Source: Mesorhizobium sp. (GTDB taxonomy: Bacteria; Pseudomonadota; Alphaproteobacteria; Rhizobiales; Rhizobiaceae). From it: DNA of 64,000 nt. The position numbers and the translations under genes are program-made. This document shows positions 62,555-64,000 of the stretch, piece after piece (positions within the stretch are counted from its first letter, which is position 1; each line of letters opens with the position of its first letter). The stretch covers positions 273,469 to 337,468 of the forward strand of contig NZ_SUHQ01000002.1 in the NCBI RefSeq assembly GCF_004962245.1, read 5' to 3'. The notes under the pieces are model-generated. The model saw only the letters and a program-made list of their open reading frames with translations, was not told where the DNA came from and did not search any database.

Positions 62555-64000
62555 CAATCGCCGGCCTCCGCCGCGCTGTTGTAGGGCCAGTTCCACTTCT
62601 GAATCTCGGGCATGTCTTCGCCGTACTCGCGGACATAAGCCTTGTGTTCGGCAAGCTTCCCGTGAATTTTGGCGGCAAGATTTTTCGCCCGTTCGGCGAG
62701 ACCTGGTACGCGTTCGACCGCGGCGAGCGCAAGGTGGTAACGGTCGAGCTCATTGAGCACGGCCATGTCAAATGGCGTCGTCGTGGTGCCTTCTTCGCGA
62801 AAACCGTGCACGTGCATGTTGTCATGGTTGGCGCGTCGATAGGTCAGGCGATGGATGAGATAGGGATAGCCGTGATAGGCGAAGATGACCGGCTTGGTTT
62901 TCGTGAACAGCGCATCGAAATCCTCGTCGGTGAGGCCATGCGGATGCTCTGAATTCGACTGCAGTGTCATCAGGTCGACCACGTTGACGACGCGAACCTT
63001 CAGGTCCGGAAGCGCCGAACGCAAAATGTCCGTGGCAGCGAGCGTCTCCAGTGTCGGCACATCGCCGGCGCAGGCCATGACCACATCCGGATCCTCGCCC
63101 TTGGCAACCGTCCCGGCCCACTCCCAGATCCCCGCCCCCGCCCTGCAGTGCGTTTCTGCCTCTTCAGCAGATAGCCATTGCGGTGCCGGCTGCTTGCCGG
63201 CGGTGATCACGTTGATGCGGTTGTAGGTTTTCAGGCAGTGGTCCGCGATCCAGAGCAGCGTGTTGGCATCCGGCGGGAAATAGAGCCTGACCGTATCGGC
63301 CTTCTTGTTGGCGACGAAATCGGCAAAGCCTGGATCCTGATGGCTGAAGCCGTTGTGATCCTGCCGCCAGACATGGGAGGTCAGCAGGTAATTGAGTGAA
63401 GCGATCGGCTTGCGCCAGTCACACTCCCTGGACGTCTTCAGCCATTTCGCATGCTGGTTGACCATGGAATCGACGATATGGATGAACGCCTCGTAACATG
63501 AGAACAGGCCATGACGGCCGGTCAGCAGATAGCCCTCCAGCCAACCCTGGCAGAGATGCTCGCTGAGCACTTCCATGACGCGGCCGTCACGGGAAAGCTG
63601 GACGTCATAGGGCTCGATCCGCTGCATCCAGACCCGGTTCGTAACCTCGAATACGTCGTCAAGACGGTTGGAGGACGTCTCATCCGGCCCCATCAGCCGG
63701 AAATTCCTGGTCTCCGCATTCAGGCGTATGACGTCGCGGAGATAGCTTCCGAGGATCCGCGTCGCCTCGGCTTTGGCACCTCCTGGACGCGGCACATCGA
63801 GCGCCAGACTTTTCCAATCGGGAAGCACCAGGTCGCGCTTCAGCAGTCCGCCATTGGCATATGGGGTTGCGCCCATGCGCTGGGACCCGGTTGGCGCAAG
63901 CGCCGCGAGGTCAGGAAGCAGGCGCCCACTTTCGTCGAACAGCTTTTCCGGTTCGTAGCTCCGCATCCAGTCTTCGAGGATCTTGCGGTGCGCCTCGTTG
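62554..64000 (-). CDS. xfp: phosphoketolase (xylulose-5-P/fructose-6-P), C-terminal ~480 codons; the 5' part lies beyond the window
   Basis: [60 protein letters not shown] are XFP family hallmarks. The ORF is open to the window edge. Confidence 0.9.
   Translation of the reverse strand, partial: NEAHRKILEDWMRSYEPEKLFDESGRLLPDLAALAPTGSQRMGATPYANGGLLKRDLVLPDWKSLALDVPRPGGAKAEATRILGSYLRDVIRLNAETRNFRLMGPDETSSNRLDDVFEVTNRVWMQRIEPYDVQLSRDGRVMEVLSEHLCQGWLEGYLLTGRHGLFSCYEAFIHIVDSMVNQHAKWLKTSRECDWRKPIASLNYLLTSHVWRQDHNGFSHQDPGFADFVANKKADTVRLYFPPDANTLLWIADHCLKTYNRINVITAGKQPAPQWLSAEEAETHCRAGAGIWEWAGTVAKGEDPDVVMACAGDVPTLETLAATDILRSALPDLKVRVVNVVDLMTLQSNSEHPHGLTDEDFDALFTKTKPVIFAYHGYPYLIHRLTYRRANHDNMHVHGFREEGTTTTPFDMAVLNELDRYHLALAAVERVPGLAERAKNLAAKIHGKLAEHKAYVREYGEDMPEIQKWNWPYNSAAEAGD

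Noticed and set aside
1-64000. tRNA, rRNA, IS elements, integrases, prophage, toxin-antitoxin or known defence-system genes
   Set aside because: I scanned the translations and intergenic regions and found no transposase or integrase motifs, no T-loop-like GGTTCGAATCC sequences and no HEPN/PIN/RelE-like small pairs. Absence is by eye only and should be confirmed with tRNAscan-SE, ISfinder and DefenseFinder/PADLOC.

Overview
A 64-kb, densely coding, high-G+C segment. Hand-counted 100-nt samples gave 65-66% G+C in most genes. The proteins and dispersed hairpin repeats look alpha-proteobacterial, Rhizobiales or Mesorhizobium-like; that taxon call is inference, since no search was possible. I support about 60 CDS, 2 gene remnants and 2 families of dispersed ~105-bp hairpin repeats. 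I saw no rRNA, tRNA, CRISPR array, IS/transposase, integrase or phage genes. The window is an accessory catabolic region with five ABC uptake systems (two ribose-type CUT2, three CUT1 with MalK/UgpC-type ATPases). Each has its own regulator (GntR, two LacI, GlxA/AraC, LysR, ROK). There are also amine-catabolism genes (two class-III aminotransferases, a gamma-glutamyl-amine synthetase-like GS) and a phosphoketolase/acetate kinase pair at the right edge. The best candidates for undescribed biology are listed here. (1) A 12-gene LysR-controlled operon (26.6-39.0 kb) joins PxpA/B/C-like lactamase subunits, a dedicated biotin carboxylase and BCCP, a CUT2 transporter, an embedded BioY and a three-subunit molybdenum hydroxylase. 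(2) A LacI-controlled CUT1 operon (40.2-47.6 kb) has as its only enzyme a 702-aa ADP-ribosylglycohydrolase-fold protein fused to about 300 aa of jelly-roll-like sequence. (3) A 568-aa fusion joins a HAD-IIB phosphatase to a HerA/FtsK-like P-loop NTPase. (4) An intact orphan nuoD sits outside any nuo operon. (5) A Tat-signal SagB/nitroreductase-fold protein is paired with a GlxA regulator. (6) A Tat-signal aldo/keto reductase is translationally abutted to a polytopic membrane protein. (7) A lower-G+C block at 50.5-60.8 kb ends in a fucosyltransferase-superfamily gene wedged between two gene remnants. (8) Two repeat families have a terminal TAA or TAG that doubles as the stop codon of the adjacent gene. 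All family calls come from motifs read by eye in the supplied translations. No HMM or BLAST evidence exists, and start codons were chosen from RBS and third-position G+C inspection.
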